The position numbers and the translations under genes are program-made. A stretch of 61,898 bases of DNA, counting the filler, from Chiloscyllium plagiosum (Eukaryota), in the NCBI RefSeq assembly GCF_004010195.1. It is 3 parts of one record of this genome, joined end to end, with 100 filler letters (N's around TTAATTAATTAA, not from the genome) between each part and the next. Parts side by side here need not be neighbours in the genome. Positions count along the whole stretch, not along the records: positions 1 to 23,483 come from NC_057716.1; 2 more parts are not named here. One strand, 5' to 3'. Of this stretch, positions 1-12,339 are shown in pieces. Numbering within the stretch: the stretch's first letter is position 1; every line of letters starts with the position of its first letter. The notes beneath the pieces are model-generated. The model had not been told where the DNA came from. It searched no databases and saw only the letters and a program-made list of their open reading frames with translations.

Positions 1-190
1 GAATGAGAGAGACAGGGAGGGGAAGGAGGAAGGAAGGAAAAGGGGGAGGGGGTGGGGTGGGGGTAAGAACAATGGAAGAGGGGAAGGAGGGAGGAAGGGA
101 TGGAAGGGATGGAAATAGGAGGGGAGGAGGAGGGAAATGGGAAGGAGGGAGGGTGGAAGGAGGGAGGAAGGGAGGGAAGGAGGAAGTGAG
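1..190 (+). repeat. Purine-rich (GGA/GGGA) low-complexity tract
   Basis: Almost purely G/A; ORF 3..257 is a low-complexity artefact. Confidence 0.9.
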
Positions 191-3100
191 GACAATAGAC
201 AATAGGTGCAGGAGTAGGCCATTTGGCCCTTTGAGACGGCATCACCATACATTATGATCATGCACAATCCATATCCTGTTCCTGCCTTATCCCCATAACC
301 CTTGATTCCACTACCTTTAAGAGCTCTATCCACCCCTTTCTTGGAAGTATCCAGAGACTTGGCCTTCACTGCCTTCTGGGGCAGAGCATTCCATATATCC
401 ACTACTCTCTGGATGAAGAAGTTTCTCCTCAACTCTGTTCTGAATGGCCTACCCCTTATTTTTAAACTGTGTCCTTTGGTTCTGGACTCACCCATCAGCA
501 GAAACATGCTTCCTGCCTCCAGAGTCTCCAATCCTTGAATAATTTTATACATCTTAATCAGATCCCCTCTCATCGTTCTAAACTTGTGTATACAAGCCAG
601 TCACTCCAAGCTTTCAACATATGATAGTCCCGCCATTCCGAGACTTGACCTCGTGAACCTACACTGCACTTCCTCAATAGCCAGAATGTCCTTCCTCAAA
701 TTTGGAAACCAAAACTGCACACATTACTCCAGGTGTGGTGTCACTAGGGCCCTGTAAAGCTGCAGAGGGAACTCTTTGCTTCTATACTCAATTCCTCTTG
801 TTATGAAGACCAGCATGCCATTAGCTTCTTCACTGCCTGTTGTACCTACATGTTTGCTTTCATTGACTGATGTACAAGAAAACCTAGATCTCGTTGTACT
901 GCCCCTTTACCTAACTTGACTCTATTTAGATAGTAATCTGCCTTCCTGTTTTTGCCACCAAAGCGATAATCACATACTTATCCATATTAAACTGCATCTG
1001 AAGGGCAGTGTTTGTCACTGGCAGCCTGTCCAAGTCACCCTGCATTCTCATAACATCTTCCTCACATTTCACCCCGCCACCCAGCTTTGTGTCATCAGCA
1101 CTTGACTCTAACTTGACTCTATTTAGATAGTAATCTGCCTTCCTGTTTTTGCCACCAAAGCGATAACCACATACTTATCCATATTAAACTGCATCTGCCA
1201 TGCATCCGTCGACTCACCTAGCCTGTCCAAGTCACCCTGCATTCTCATAACATCTTCCTCACATTTCACCCCGCCACCCAGCTTTGTGTCATCAGCAAAT
1301 TTGTTAACATTACTTTTAATGCCTTCATCTATATCATTGATGTATATTGTAAACAGCTGCAGTCCCAGCACAAAACCTTGTGGTATCCCACTGGTCACTG
1401 CCTGCCAATCTGAAAGGGACCCGTTTATCACTACTCTTTGCTTCCTGTCAGTCAGCCAATTTTCAATCCAAGTCAGTACCTTGCTCCAATACCATGTGCG
1501 CTAATTTTGCTCACTAATCTCCTATGTGGGACTTTATCAAAGGCTCTCTGAAAGTCCAGGTACAGTACATCCATTTGTTCTCCCTTGTCCATCTTCATAG
1601 TTACACCCTCAAAAACTTCCAGAAGATTAGTCAAGTACGGTTTCCCCTTCGTAAATCCATGTTGACTCTGACCTATCCTGTTACTGCTATCCAAATGTGT
1701 CCTAATTTCATCTTATATTATTGACTCCAGCATCTTTCCCACCACTGACATCAGGCTAACCGGTCTATAATTCTCTGTTTTCTCTCTCCCTTCCTTCTTG
1801 AAAAGTGGGACAACATTAGCCACCTTCCAATCCGCAGGAACTGATCCTTAATCGATAGAACATTGGAAAATGATTATCAATGCATCCATGATTTCTAGAG
1901 CCACTTCCTTAAGTACCCTGGGATGCTGACCATCAGGTTCCAGAAACTTATCAGCCTTCAGACCTAACAGTCTATGCAACACTATTTCCTGCCGAACATA
2001 AATTCCCTTCAGTTCATCCATTACTCTAGGTCCTTCAGCCACTATTACATCTGAAATTGCTTGTGTCTTCCCCAGTGAAGACAGATCCAAAGTACCTATT
2101 CAACTCTTCTGCCATTTCCTTGTTCCCCATAATAAATTCACCCATTTCTGTATTCAAGAGCCCAATTTTAGTCTTAACCATTTTATTTCTTTTCACATAC
2201 CTAAAAAAACTTTTACTATCCTCCTTGATATTTTTGGTCAGTTTGCCTTCATACCTCATTTTTTTCTCTGTGCCTTTTTAGTTATCCTGTGTTGCTCTTT
2301 AAAAGTTTCCCAATCCTCCGGCTTCCAGCTCATCTTTGCTATGTTATACTTCTCTTTTATCTTTATAAAGTCCTTAACTTACCTCATCAGCCACAGCCAC
2401 CCTGCCTCACTTTAGGATCTTTCTTCCTCTTTGGAATGAAACGATCCTGCACCTTCTGCATTATATCCAGAAATACCTGCCATTGTTGTTCCACTGCCAT
2501 TCCTGCTAGGGTATTGAACCATTGAACTTTGGCCAGTTCTTCCCTCATAGCTCCATAGTTCCCTTTGTTCAACTAAAGTCTGACACTCCTGATTCTCCCT
2601 TCTCCCTCTCAAATTGCAGATTAAAACTTTTCATATTATGGTCACTACTTCCTAAAGGCTCCCTTCGAGGTCCCTGATCAAATCCGGTTCATTGCACAAC
2701 ACCAGATCCAGAATTGCCTTCTCCATGGTAGGCTCCAGTACAAGCTGTTCTAAGAATCCATCTTGGAGGCACTTCTCAAACTCCCTTTCTTGGGGTCCAG
2801 TACCATCCTGATTCTCCCAGTCTACCTGCATGTTGAAATCTCCCAAAACAACTGGAGTAATATCTTTGCGACAGGCCAATTTCAACTCCTTATTCAACTT
2901 ACACCCCACATCCAGACTACTGTTTGGTGGCCTGTAGATAACTCCCATTAGCGTCTTTCTACCCTTAGAATTTCTCAGCTCTATCCATACTGACTCTATA
3001 TCTCCGGATTCTATGTCCCGCTCGAAAGGGACTGAATATCATTCCTCACCAACAGGGCCACCCCACCCCCCTCTGCCTATCAGTCTGTCCTTTCGATAGC

Positions 3101-3503
3101 ATGTATAGTCTTGAATATTCATTTCCCAGGCACTGACCACTTGAAGCCATGTCTCAGTTATCCCCACAACAATGTACCTGCCAATTTCCAACTGAGCCTC
3201 AAGCTCACCACCTTATTTCTTATGCTTCATGCATTCATATATAATATTCTTAATTTGTTACTCCCTTCACCTTTCCTATCAATCCCTATTTCACTTGACC
3301 ATACTGCATGATCCCTTCTTGAGTTTTCTGCTCCATTGATTCTGTTGTCTTTCTTAACTTCTCTTATTCTCACTTTCCCTTTAACTTCCTTCTTAAATTT
3401 CCAGTGTTGCACTGTGTTGCAGTGGCAAATCTGCTTACCAGAATGCTGGTCCCCCACCTATTAAGGTGCAACCCCTCTTTCTTGTATAATTTATCCTTAC
3501 CGC
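191..3503 (-). mobile_element. CR1-clade LINE, long degenerate copy (ORF1 esterase C-terminus, APE, RT, 3' UTR)
   Basis: GLHLNRWGT (ORF1 SGNH esterase), LRILYMNA, GVIYRPPN, VVLGDFN, QHGFTKGK, YLDFQRAFDKVPH, GIPQG, KFADDTKLGG; gacaata-repeat 3' tail near 191-205; many frameshifts. Confidence 0.93.
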
Positions 3504-4258
3504 AAGGAGGGAGGAAGGGGCGAGGAAGGAGAGGAAAGGAAGGAGGGGAGAGAATGAGGGAAGTAGGGAGGGAGGGAAGGAGGAGGCAGGGAGAAAAGGA
3601 GGGAGGGAAGGAAGGAGGGAGGGAGGGGAGGGGAGGGATGGGGTGTGGGGAGGCTGGGAGGAAGGAGGGAAGTAAGGTGGGAGGGAGGGCAGGAGTGAGA
3701 GAGGGTGGAGGAAGACAGGGAGACGGACAGAGATGGGTGANNNNNNNNNNNNNNNNNNNNNNNNNNNNNNNNNNNNNNNNNNNNNNNNNNNNNNNNNNNN
3801 NNNNNNNNNNNNNNNNNNNNNNNNNNNNNNNNNNNNNNNNNNNNNNNNNNNNNNNNNNNNNNNNNNNNNNNNNNNNNNNNNNNNNNNNNNNNNNNNNNNN
3901 NNNNNNNNNNNNNNNNNNNNNNNNNNNNNNNNNNNNNNNNNNNNNNNNNNNNNNNNNNNNNNNNNNNNNNNNNNNNNNNNNNNNNNNNNNNNNNNNNNNN
4001 NNNNNNNNNNNNNNNNNNNNNNNNNNNNNNNNNNNNNNNNNNNNNNNNNNNNNNNNNNNNNNNNNNNNNNNNNNNNNNNNNNNNNNNNNNNNNNNNNNNN
4101 NNNNNNNNNNNNNNNNNNNNNNNNNNNNNNNNNNNNNNNNNNNNNNAAGGAGGGGAGGGGTAAAGGGGTAGTATGGGAAGGAAGGAGGGTGCAAGGAAAG
4201 CGGGGGAGGGGGAGACAGGGAGGGGAAGAGGGGAGAGGGGGAAAGTGGGGAGGGGAAC
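3504..4258 (+). repeat. Purine-rich low-complexity tract spanning an N gap (3741-4146)
   Basis: G/A-rich sequence on both sides of the gap. Confidence 0.85.
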
Positions 4259-4611
4259 GAGAGACCCTGTTGAATCACTTTTCCCTCATAGGGCAGTCCT
4301 GCCATCTCCAGTATCAGCCTTGTGAAACTCCACTATACCCTCTCTATGGCAAATATATCTTTCTTAGGTAGGAGACCACATATGCATGCAATACTCTCGA
4401 TGTGGTCTCATCAAGCCCCTGTATAACTGTATTAAGGCATCCCTACTTCTAAAGTCAAATTTTCTTGCAAAGGAGGTCAATTTACAATTTGCTTTCCTAA
4501 TTGCTTACTAGATATTGAACATCCATCAGCATTACTAATAGATACTAAGAGTATCTATTATTTCTCTAAATTAACAAAGAAATTAATGAGAAAAAATATA
4601 AAATGATACTA

Positions 4612-5048
4612 CTTTTTTTTAAAAATCACTCAGGATATGGGTGTTGTTGGGCCAACATTTATTGTCCATCCCTGACTGCCCTTGAGAAGGTGATGGCAAG
4701 TTGTCTTCTTGAACCGTTGCAATGCTGGCAATGCCACTAGCATGGGAGTTCCAGGACTCTTACCCAGCTGAAGGTACACCCTAATATTTCCTAATCAGGA
4801 TGGTGAGTGGCTTGGATGGGTCTCGTGGTTTTCCCATGTGTCTGCTGCCCTTGTCCTTCTGGATGATGGTGGTCATGAGACTGGAAGCTACTGTCTAAGG
4901 AGCCTTCATGAATTTCTGTATTGCATCTTGTGGATGGTAAACACTTCCTTTACTGACAATCGGTGGTAGAGGGGTTTAAAATTTGTGGATGCAGAGCCAA
5001 TCAAACACACTGCTTTGTTCCAATGGAGTCAAGCTTCTTGAATGTTGT
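4612..5048 (-). mobile_element. 3' fragment of L2/Crack-like LINE
   Basis: Same 3' end as copies at 29100 and 11200-11362 (catttattg.ccatccct, cttgagaaggtg, ttccagga). Confidence 0.75.
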
Positions 5049-5084
5049 ATTTTATTGTTTATTACACAATCTTTAACATATTCT

Positions 5085-5870
5085 ACAGTACCCCCAGTTT
5101 TAAAAACAATAAAATTGCTGTAAGATTAGAACATAAATATTTCTGTGTTCTCAAAATTCATAATAAAACAAGGTGTCTCTCTTCAAGGACATGCAATTTA
5201 TTTTGGCAAATGGTTCTTTTTGCAAAACAGTCCATTAGCTGGTGACTTGCACAAACTACTTTAAGAAGTTTCTTTCCTTTCCAATGTCATTTTTAGACTC
5301 GTCAGATCATTCCTCAAATTTTTTTTGAGACCTTCGCTTTTGATAAGACATTGTTCCATAATGAAAGTCATCAATAAAGCTTTCTCTTCTGAACTGTTCT
5401 CAACTCAATTTCTTCAAAGTCTTGTTTTCAGCATTTCCCTAACAATAGTATAATTCAGCACAATCCTTAATTCTAATACATTATAGCAAGTATCCAGTTT
5501 AATTTATATGCACAACCAGTTTAATTACCCAATTAAAGTTCTCAACTAATCTGTTTCTTCCTTGATTGTAGAATCTTACTTTTTTGTGAGTCTGACCTGA
5601 TTTTTTTGGGATCTTATTAGCATTCTCCAGGTAAGACTGTGATTCAAGGTTATTCCCAATTTAATCTGTCTTGTATTCCTGTCGACGTTCCTGCCCTTCC
5701 TATTATGGTGGCTTCCCTCACACAGTAGCCCCTCTGGCAATATATACCAGTCTGGACTTGATCTTTGTGAGAAATGATCTCATCCTAATCTTCATTATCA
5801 CTTGATCTACATTCAGTCAGTACATTATCTGCTGCAATCAGTTATCTGTAAAAGTCCATCATATGTTTGT
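5085..5870 (-). mobile_element. Decayed Ty1/Copia (GalEa-like) retrotransposon, 3' part: post-integrase linker, RT C-terminus, RNase H, possible PPT/LTR start
   Basis: Manual minus-strand translation: EATIIGRAGTSTG; ETD*LRTLIG*LNWLC; LWNNVLSKAKVSKKNLRNDLTSLKMTLERKE; SHQLMDCFAKR; VLEERHLVLL* (stop at 5160-5158); aaaactggggg then TGT at 5087. Confidence 0.8.
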
Positions 5871-7107
5871 GTAAACTACGTGGTGCATTTGTTCAGATCA
5901 AACATGGACAAGGAAACTCTTGCTGACTGCCATCATCTACTCCCTCGGCTGATAAATAAGTACTATTCCATGTTGAACAACCTTTGGATGAAGCACTGTG
6001 GAAGGCAAGGGGATAGGACGTAGTCTACATGGGGAACTTCAATGCTCAGCAGCACCACACCTGACCAATCAGTCAAGTCCTAATTAACATAGCTATTAGG
6101 CTGGATCTTTGGGTGATGGTGAGGGAGCCAGTAAGATGGAAAATTAGACTTGACTTCATTCTCAGCAATCTGCCTGCTGCAGGTGCATCAGTCTGTGACA
6201 ATGTTAGTAGGTATGACAACTGCACATCTGTGGAGACAGAGTCCTAACTGCACACTGAGGATGCACTTCATTGTGTTCTGTGGCACCAACACTGTGGTAA
6301 ATGGAATAGATTTTAAACAGATTTAGCAACTCAAGAGTGGGCATCCTTGAGTTATCATCAGCCATCAGGAGTGGCAGAATTATACTTCAACACAATCTAT
6401 ATTTTAATGGCCCGGCATCTCCTTATTCTACTATCATTAAACCAGGGGATCAATCCTGATTCAATGAAGAATGCAGAAGGGAATGAGGTGAGCAGCACCA
6501 GGTAACCAAAAAAGTGAGATCAACCTGGATAAACTACAACACAGGACTATTTGGATGCCAAATTGCATAAGCAGGAACTGATTGAAAGAGCTAAATAATT
6601 TTATAATGTCTGCAGTCCTGCCACATCTAGTCATGATTGTGGTGGACAATTAAGCGTTCACTGGAGGAGAAGAGTCCACAAATATACCGACCCTCAATAA
6701 CGGAGAAGCCAACAAATTGATGCAAAAGATAAGGCTAAAGCATTTGTACCAACCTTCAGCCGGAAGTACCGAATGGATAACCACCTTGGTTTCAGCCAGC
6801 ATCACAAAACCAGTATTCACCCAATTCAATTCACTCCATGTGATATCAACAAAGGGCTGATTACACAGGATACTAGATAGGCTTTTGCCCTGACAACATT
6901 TCTATAATAGTATTGAAGGGTTGTGCTCCACAACTTGCCAAGTGCCCAGCCAACTTATTCCATTAAAACTAGAAAGTTGACATCTCCCCCAACAATGTGG
7001 AAATTATCTGCATATGTCCTGTGCACAAAAAGCATTACAAATCCAACCCTGTGAGTTACCAGCCCATTGGTCAACATAGCATCATTGGTAAAGCAATGGA
7101 AGATGTC

Positions 7108-7306
7108 TTTGAGGAGAAAGTGAGGACTGCAGATGCTGGAGATCAGAGCTGAAAATGTGTTGCTGGAAAAGCGCAGCAGGTCAGGGAACAGGAGAATCGA
7201 CGTTTCGGGCATAAGCCCTTCTTCAGCCCTTCTTCAGAAATGTCGATTCTCCTGTTCCCTGGATGCTGCCTGACCTGCTGCGCTTTTCCAGCAACACATT
7301 TTCAGC
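7108..7306. mobile_element. Penelope-derived inverted-repeat insert with hammerhead motif
   Basis: Inverted arms gctgaaaatgtgttgctggaaaagcgcagcaggtcagg / cctgacctgctgcgcttttccagcaacacattttcagc; flanking duplication agcaatggaagatgtc (7092-7107, 7304-7319). Confidence 0.8.
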
Positions 7307-7546
7307 AATGGAAGATGTCATCAAACATGCTATCAAGCATGATTTACTTAACAATAATTGCTTTGACTCTCAATTTGGATTTAGCCAAGGTCATTCAGCT
7401 CCTGACCTCATTATAGCCTTGGTTCACACATGGACAAAAGAGTTGAATTCCATAAAGGAGGTAAGATTTACTGCCCTTGACACCTAGGCTAAAGTGTGAC
7501 AAAAAGGAGTGTGAAAAAAAATAAAATCAATTGGAATCAGGAAAGA

Positions 7547-8245
7547 CCATAAAAACATACAATGAAGTGTAAAAATAGGCCATACAGCCTATCAAATCTG
7601 CTTTGCCATTCAATGAGATCACTGCTGATCTGACAACCCTCAACACCATTTTACTGCCTTTTCTTCATAACCCTTGATTCCTTTACAAATTAAAAATCTG
7701 TCTTTCACACCCTTGAATATACTTAAGGACCAAGCCTCTAGAGTCCTCTGTGGTAAAGAATTCCACAGATTTACTACTCTCTGAGGGAAGAAATTCCTCC
7801 TCATCTGTCTTAAATGGGAGACCCCTTATTCTGAGGTCATGCCTCTCATCCTAGATGCTCTCCCAAGGGGAAACAAGTTCTTTGCCTCTACCCTGTCAAT
7901 AAGGATAAGCCCAACCTACTCATAAGACAATCCCTCAATAACCAGGATCAACCTAGTTTACGTTTTCTGGACTACTTCCAATGCCAGAATATCTTTCCTT
8001 AGATAAGGGGACCAAAACTACATAATACTTCAGGTGTGTTCTAACTACTGCCTTGTATAGTTTTATCAAGACCTCTCTATTTTTATATTCCATTTCCTTT
8101 GAAATGAAGGTCAACATTTTGTTTCCTTCCTCAATTACCTGCTGAATTTATGTGCTAGCTTTTTGTAAATTATGCATGACTCCCAAATCCTTCTGTACTG
8201 TAGCTATTCTTCAGCTAAATAATATTCAGCCCCTCTATTCTTCCT
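7547..8245 (-). mobile_element. CR1 3' fragment nested in the L2-like LINE
   Basis: Typical CR1 3' UTR/RT-end sequence (ccattcaatgagatc, aagaaattcctcctcatctg). Confidence 0.8.
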
Positions 8246-8414
8246 ACTCTCTGATAGTTGAAATCATACCAAGCCCAAAGTAAGATGGTTATGTTTATTG
8301 GAGGTTAACTGCCTCAGCTCCTGCAGGAGTTCCTCAGGATAGTGTTCTAGGCCAAAACATCTTCAGCTGCTTTAGCATTGACCTTCCCTCCATTATAAGG
8401 TCTGAATTAGTGAT

Positions 8415-10406
8415 AAAGAGAACAAAGAAAGAAAATTTACAGCCCAGGAAAAGGCCCTTCGGCCCTCCAAGCCTGTGCCGATCCCAATCCACTGTCAAAA
8501 CCTATCACCCAATTCCTAAGGATCTGTAACTCGCTGTACCCCACCTACTCATGCATCTGTCCAGCTGCACCTTAAATGAATCTACCATGTCTGCCTCTAC
8601 TACCTCTGCTGGCAATGCATTCCAGGCACCTACCACCCTCTGTGTAAAGTACTTTCTGCGTGTATCCCCCTTCAACTTTTCTCCTCTCAACTTGAACGCA
8701 TGACCTCTCGTTATTGAATCCCTTATCTCGATCCACCCTGTCTATACCCTTCATGATTTTGTAGACGTTAATCAGGTCCCCCCCAATCTCCTTTTTTCTA
8801 ATTAAAACAATCCTAACCTACTCAACCTCTCTTCATAGCTAGAATCTTCCATACCAGGCAACATCCTCATAAAGCTCCTCTGCACCCTCTCCAAATCATC
8901 CACATCCTTTTGGTAGTGTGACAAGCAGAACTGTACACAGTATTTTAAATGCGGCCGAACCAAAATATTGTACAATTTTAACATGGCCTGCCAGCTCTTA
9001 TACTCAATACCCGCTCCGATGAAGGCAAGCATACCATATGCCTTCTTGACCACTCTATCCTCCAGCCACCTTCAGGGTATAATGGACCTGAACTCCCAGA
9101 TCTCTCTGCTCATCAACTTTTCCCAAGGCTCTTCCATTTATAGTATAGTTCGCTCTAGAATTAGACCTTCCAAAATGCATCACCTCACATTTGCCCAGAT
9201 TGAACTCTATCTGCCATTTCTCTGCCCAACTCTCCATTCCATCTATATTTTCCTGCATTCTTTGACAGACCCCTGTGCTTTTTGCAACTCCACCAATCTT
9301 CGTGTCATCTGCAAACTTACTGATCAGACCTCTTCCAGATCATTTATGTATATGACAACAACAGCTGCCCCAGCACTGATCCTGCACATCATGTGACTTC
9401 ACTTTCTCTATTGGTTTACCACGGGGAACCCTATCAAAATGCCTTACTAAAGTCCATGTATATGACATCTACAGCCCTTCCTTCATCTATCAACTTGGTC
9501 ACTTCCTCAAAGAACTCTATTAATTTGGTAAGGCATGATCTCCGCCACACTAAACCACGTTGTCTATCACTGATAAGCCCATACTCTTCCAAATATAAAT
9601 AGATTCTATCCCTCAGTACCTTCTCCAGCAACGTTCCCACCATTGACATTAAGCTCACTGGTCTGTAGTTACCTGGAATATCCCTACTACCCTTCTGTAC
9701 AGGGGAACAACATTAGGAACTCTCCAGTCCTCCAGCCCTTCACCTGTGTTTAAGGCTACTACAAAGATATCTGTCAGGGCCCCCGTTATTTCCTCTTTCG
9801 CCTCCCTCAGCAATCTGGGATAGATCCGCGGTCCTGGGGATTTGTCCACCTTAATATTCTTTAGCCTACCCAACACATCCTTCCTCCTTATATCAATATG
9901 ATCCAGACTAAACAAACTTCTATCTCTGATCTCAACATTCATCATGTCCCTCTCAATGAGCACTGATGCAAAGTAATCATTGAGAATCTCATCCATTTTC
10001 TTAGGTTTGACACATAATCTTCTTTCCTTATCCTTTAGTGGACCAACCCTTGCTCTAGTTACCTTCTTGCTTCTTATATATGAATAAAAGGCCTTGGGAT
10101 TCTCCTTAATTCTGCTCGCTAAAGTTATTTCATGACCCCTTTTAGCCTGCTTGATTCCTTGTTAAATATTGGTCCTATTCTCCCAATATTCCTCCAAGGC
10201 CCGTTCTGTTCTTAGCTGCCGAGACCTTATGTACCCTTTTCTTCTTGGCTAGTCGCATGATTTCTCCCATCATCCATGGTTCATGAATGTTGCCTTTCCT
10301 ATCCCTTGTTTTCAAAGGGACATGCCTATCCTGCACTATCTTCAGCCTATCTTTGAAAGCCTCCCACATATCAAATCTGGACTTCCCTTCAAATAGCTGC
10401 CCCCAA
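8415..10406 (-). mobile_element. CR1/HER1 LINE, 5'-truncated, nested in the L2-like LINE
   Basis: DKSPGP, CLTKLIEFFEEVTK, IYMDFSKAF, FTQRVVGAWNALP; agaacaaagaa tail. Confidence 0.92.
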
Positions 10407-10494
10407 TGGTGATGTTTCCTGATGATTCCCTACGTTCAGCACCATTCGTGACTCCTCAGATACTGAAGCAGTCCAAATGAAGCTAGACTTCTCA

Positions 10495-10588
10495 ATTCCT
10501 GATGAAGGGCTTTTGCTCAAAACATCGATATTCCTGCTCCTTGGATGCTGCCTGACCTGCTGTGCTTTTCCAGCACCACTCTAATCTA
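10495..10588 (+). mobile_element. Penelope 3'-end fragment with degenerate hammerhead
   Basis: CTGATGAagggcttttgctcAAAAcaTC; flanking duplication ttctcaat (10489-10496, 10589-10596). Confidence 0.75.
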
Positions 10589-11374
10589 TTCTCAATATCC
10601 AGGCTTTGTCTGTCAAATGACAAGTGACATTCAAGCTACACAAGAGCCTGGGCAATTATCATTTCCAAGAAGAGAGAATCTAACTATCATCACTTTATAT
10701 TCAATGGTAATACTATCACCAATGTCCAAACTCTATACATCCTGAGGGTTACCAGTGAGCAGAAACTGAACTGGTCCTGCTATATAAAAACCATGGTTAC
10801 AACAGCAGGTGAGGGGATAGGAACCCTGCAGCAAGTAATTCACCTCCTGTCTCTCCAAAGCCAGTCCACCATCTACAAGGCACAAGTGAAGAATATGATA
10901 GAATATTCCTCTCTTGCCTGGATGAGTGCAGCTCTAACAACACTCAAGAAGCTTGACATCATCCAGGATAAAGCAGCTGGCCTGATTGTCACCACATTCA
11001 ACAATGTGTCCCCTTACCACTGACACACAATTCAATAAAGCACTATAGATCCTTCAGCAGTATCTTTCAAACACACAACCTCTACACCTGAATGGACAAG
11101 GACAGCAGATGCAATGGGAAAATCACCAGCTGCAAATTCTCCTCCAAACCATGCACCCTCCTGACTGGGAATTATTTTACCATTCCTTCACTGTCTGTGT
11201 CAAAATCCATAACTCACTTCTTAATAGCATGGTAGGCGTCTTTACACCCAAAGGACTGCAATGATACAATACATAACCACCTTTTCCACATCACTAAGAG
11301 ATGTGTTAGAATGCTGGCCTGTCAGAGACCACCACATCCCATAAAGAAATATAAAAAAAAAGCAATCTGTGCAA

Positions 11375-12150
11375 TCAGTACCAGGAAGCTGTCTGTACTT
11401 TAGTGGCTTGGTTACTATCTTGCACAAGTATTGTTTTTCCATTAATTTTGCCTTTCCCTCTTGTAATATACTATGTTACTAGGATTAAAGTACTTATCTA
11501 ATGGTCTAAAATGATACCTCCTCATCATTTCTGAAACATCCTCCGTAACAAATACTCTTCTACTAGTGTGCTGTCCAAATGGTATACAAGTGTTCTACAA
11601 AAATTGAACGAATTGAAGTCTCTTCCAAAGCTGAGGAATAATCCCACATTATTCAAAATATTTCAGATTCCTGCCATAAAATAATTGATATTGGCTACAG
11701 CCCCCATTCATCTGAGGCATGTTTTTTGCGTATACTGCCCAAGCTAAAGCAGTTTTCAGTTTACAATTCGGTTGGTCAGTTAGAATTTCTTTGGTGCATT
11801 TCTTTAATCAGTGTAAGTTCCTCTACAGCCTCCATAAATAAACGGACTTTCTGCTGCTGTGTGCATTGCTACTGTACTCACATTCTCACACATACTCTTT
11901 GATTCCTCATTGACAAATCTGCCAACATCGTCCATGAGAAATTTTGCCAGTGCTTCCATATTCACTCATATCCATCTTTCCATTATTTTATTGAGAAAGG
12001 AGCTAATCAGTGAGTTTTTTTCTGTTTTACTCTAAATTACAGTTAACAAAACAAATCTCATCACCATGTCAACAAAAGGTTGAAGAAAAATATTTTTGTC
12101 TTCATAAGATACTTGGAGGTCCACTATTATGGTTTCATTAAAGTATTTGG
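11375..12150 (-). mobile_element. Decayed Ty1/Copia (GalEa-like) integrase
   Basis: Manual translation: FNETIIVDLQV..DKNIF...FVDMVMRF; KIMERWI; KFLMDDVGRFVNEESKSMCEN; HTAAESPF; DQPNCKLKTALAWAVYAKN; QYQLFYGRN; SIFVEHL; IVYYKRE. Confidence 0.87.
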
Positions 12151-12339
12151 TGCAGAGAAAATGTGGAGAAATTACTTTGTTATGGTGAAGGAAATTTTAG
12201 AAAGACAGGAGCTTTCAAAAATAGAATGGGTTATGCAAAGAGACATTTGCCTAAGAAATTATCAGATGTCCTTGAAGAGGAATGTTGTGTGTTATACTGA
12301 GAGTACGGAATGTGGAATTATAAAAAATGGATAATAAAA

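Larger units (their letters stand above)
5880..11362 (+). mobile_element. L2/Crack-like (CR1-group) LINE, APE to 3' end, interrupted by four younger inserts
   Basis: MGNFNA (APE), QFGFSQGHSAPDLIIALVHTWTKELN, AGVPQDSVLG, STIYKAQVKNMIEYSSLAWMSA, ends cacatcccataaagaaatataaaaaaa. Confidence 0.85.

Noticed and set aside
3..257. Gly/Arg/Glu-rich ORF (also 3370-4305, 3404-4171, 3733-4371)
   Set aside because: Translations of purine-rich low-complexity DNA and N gaps
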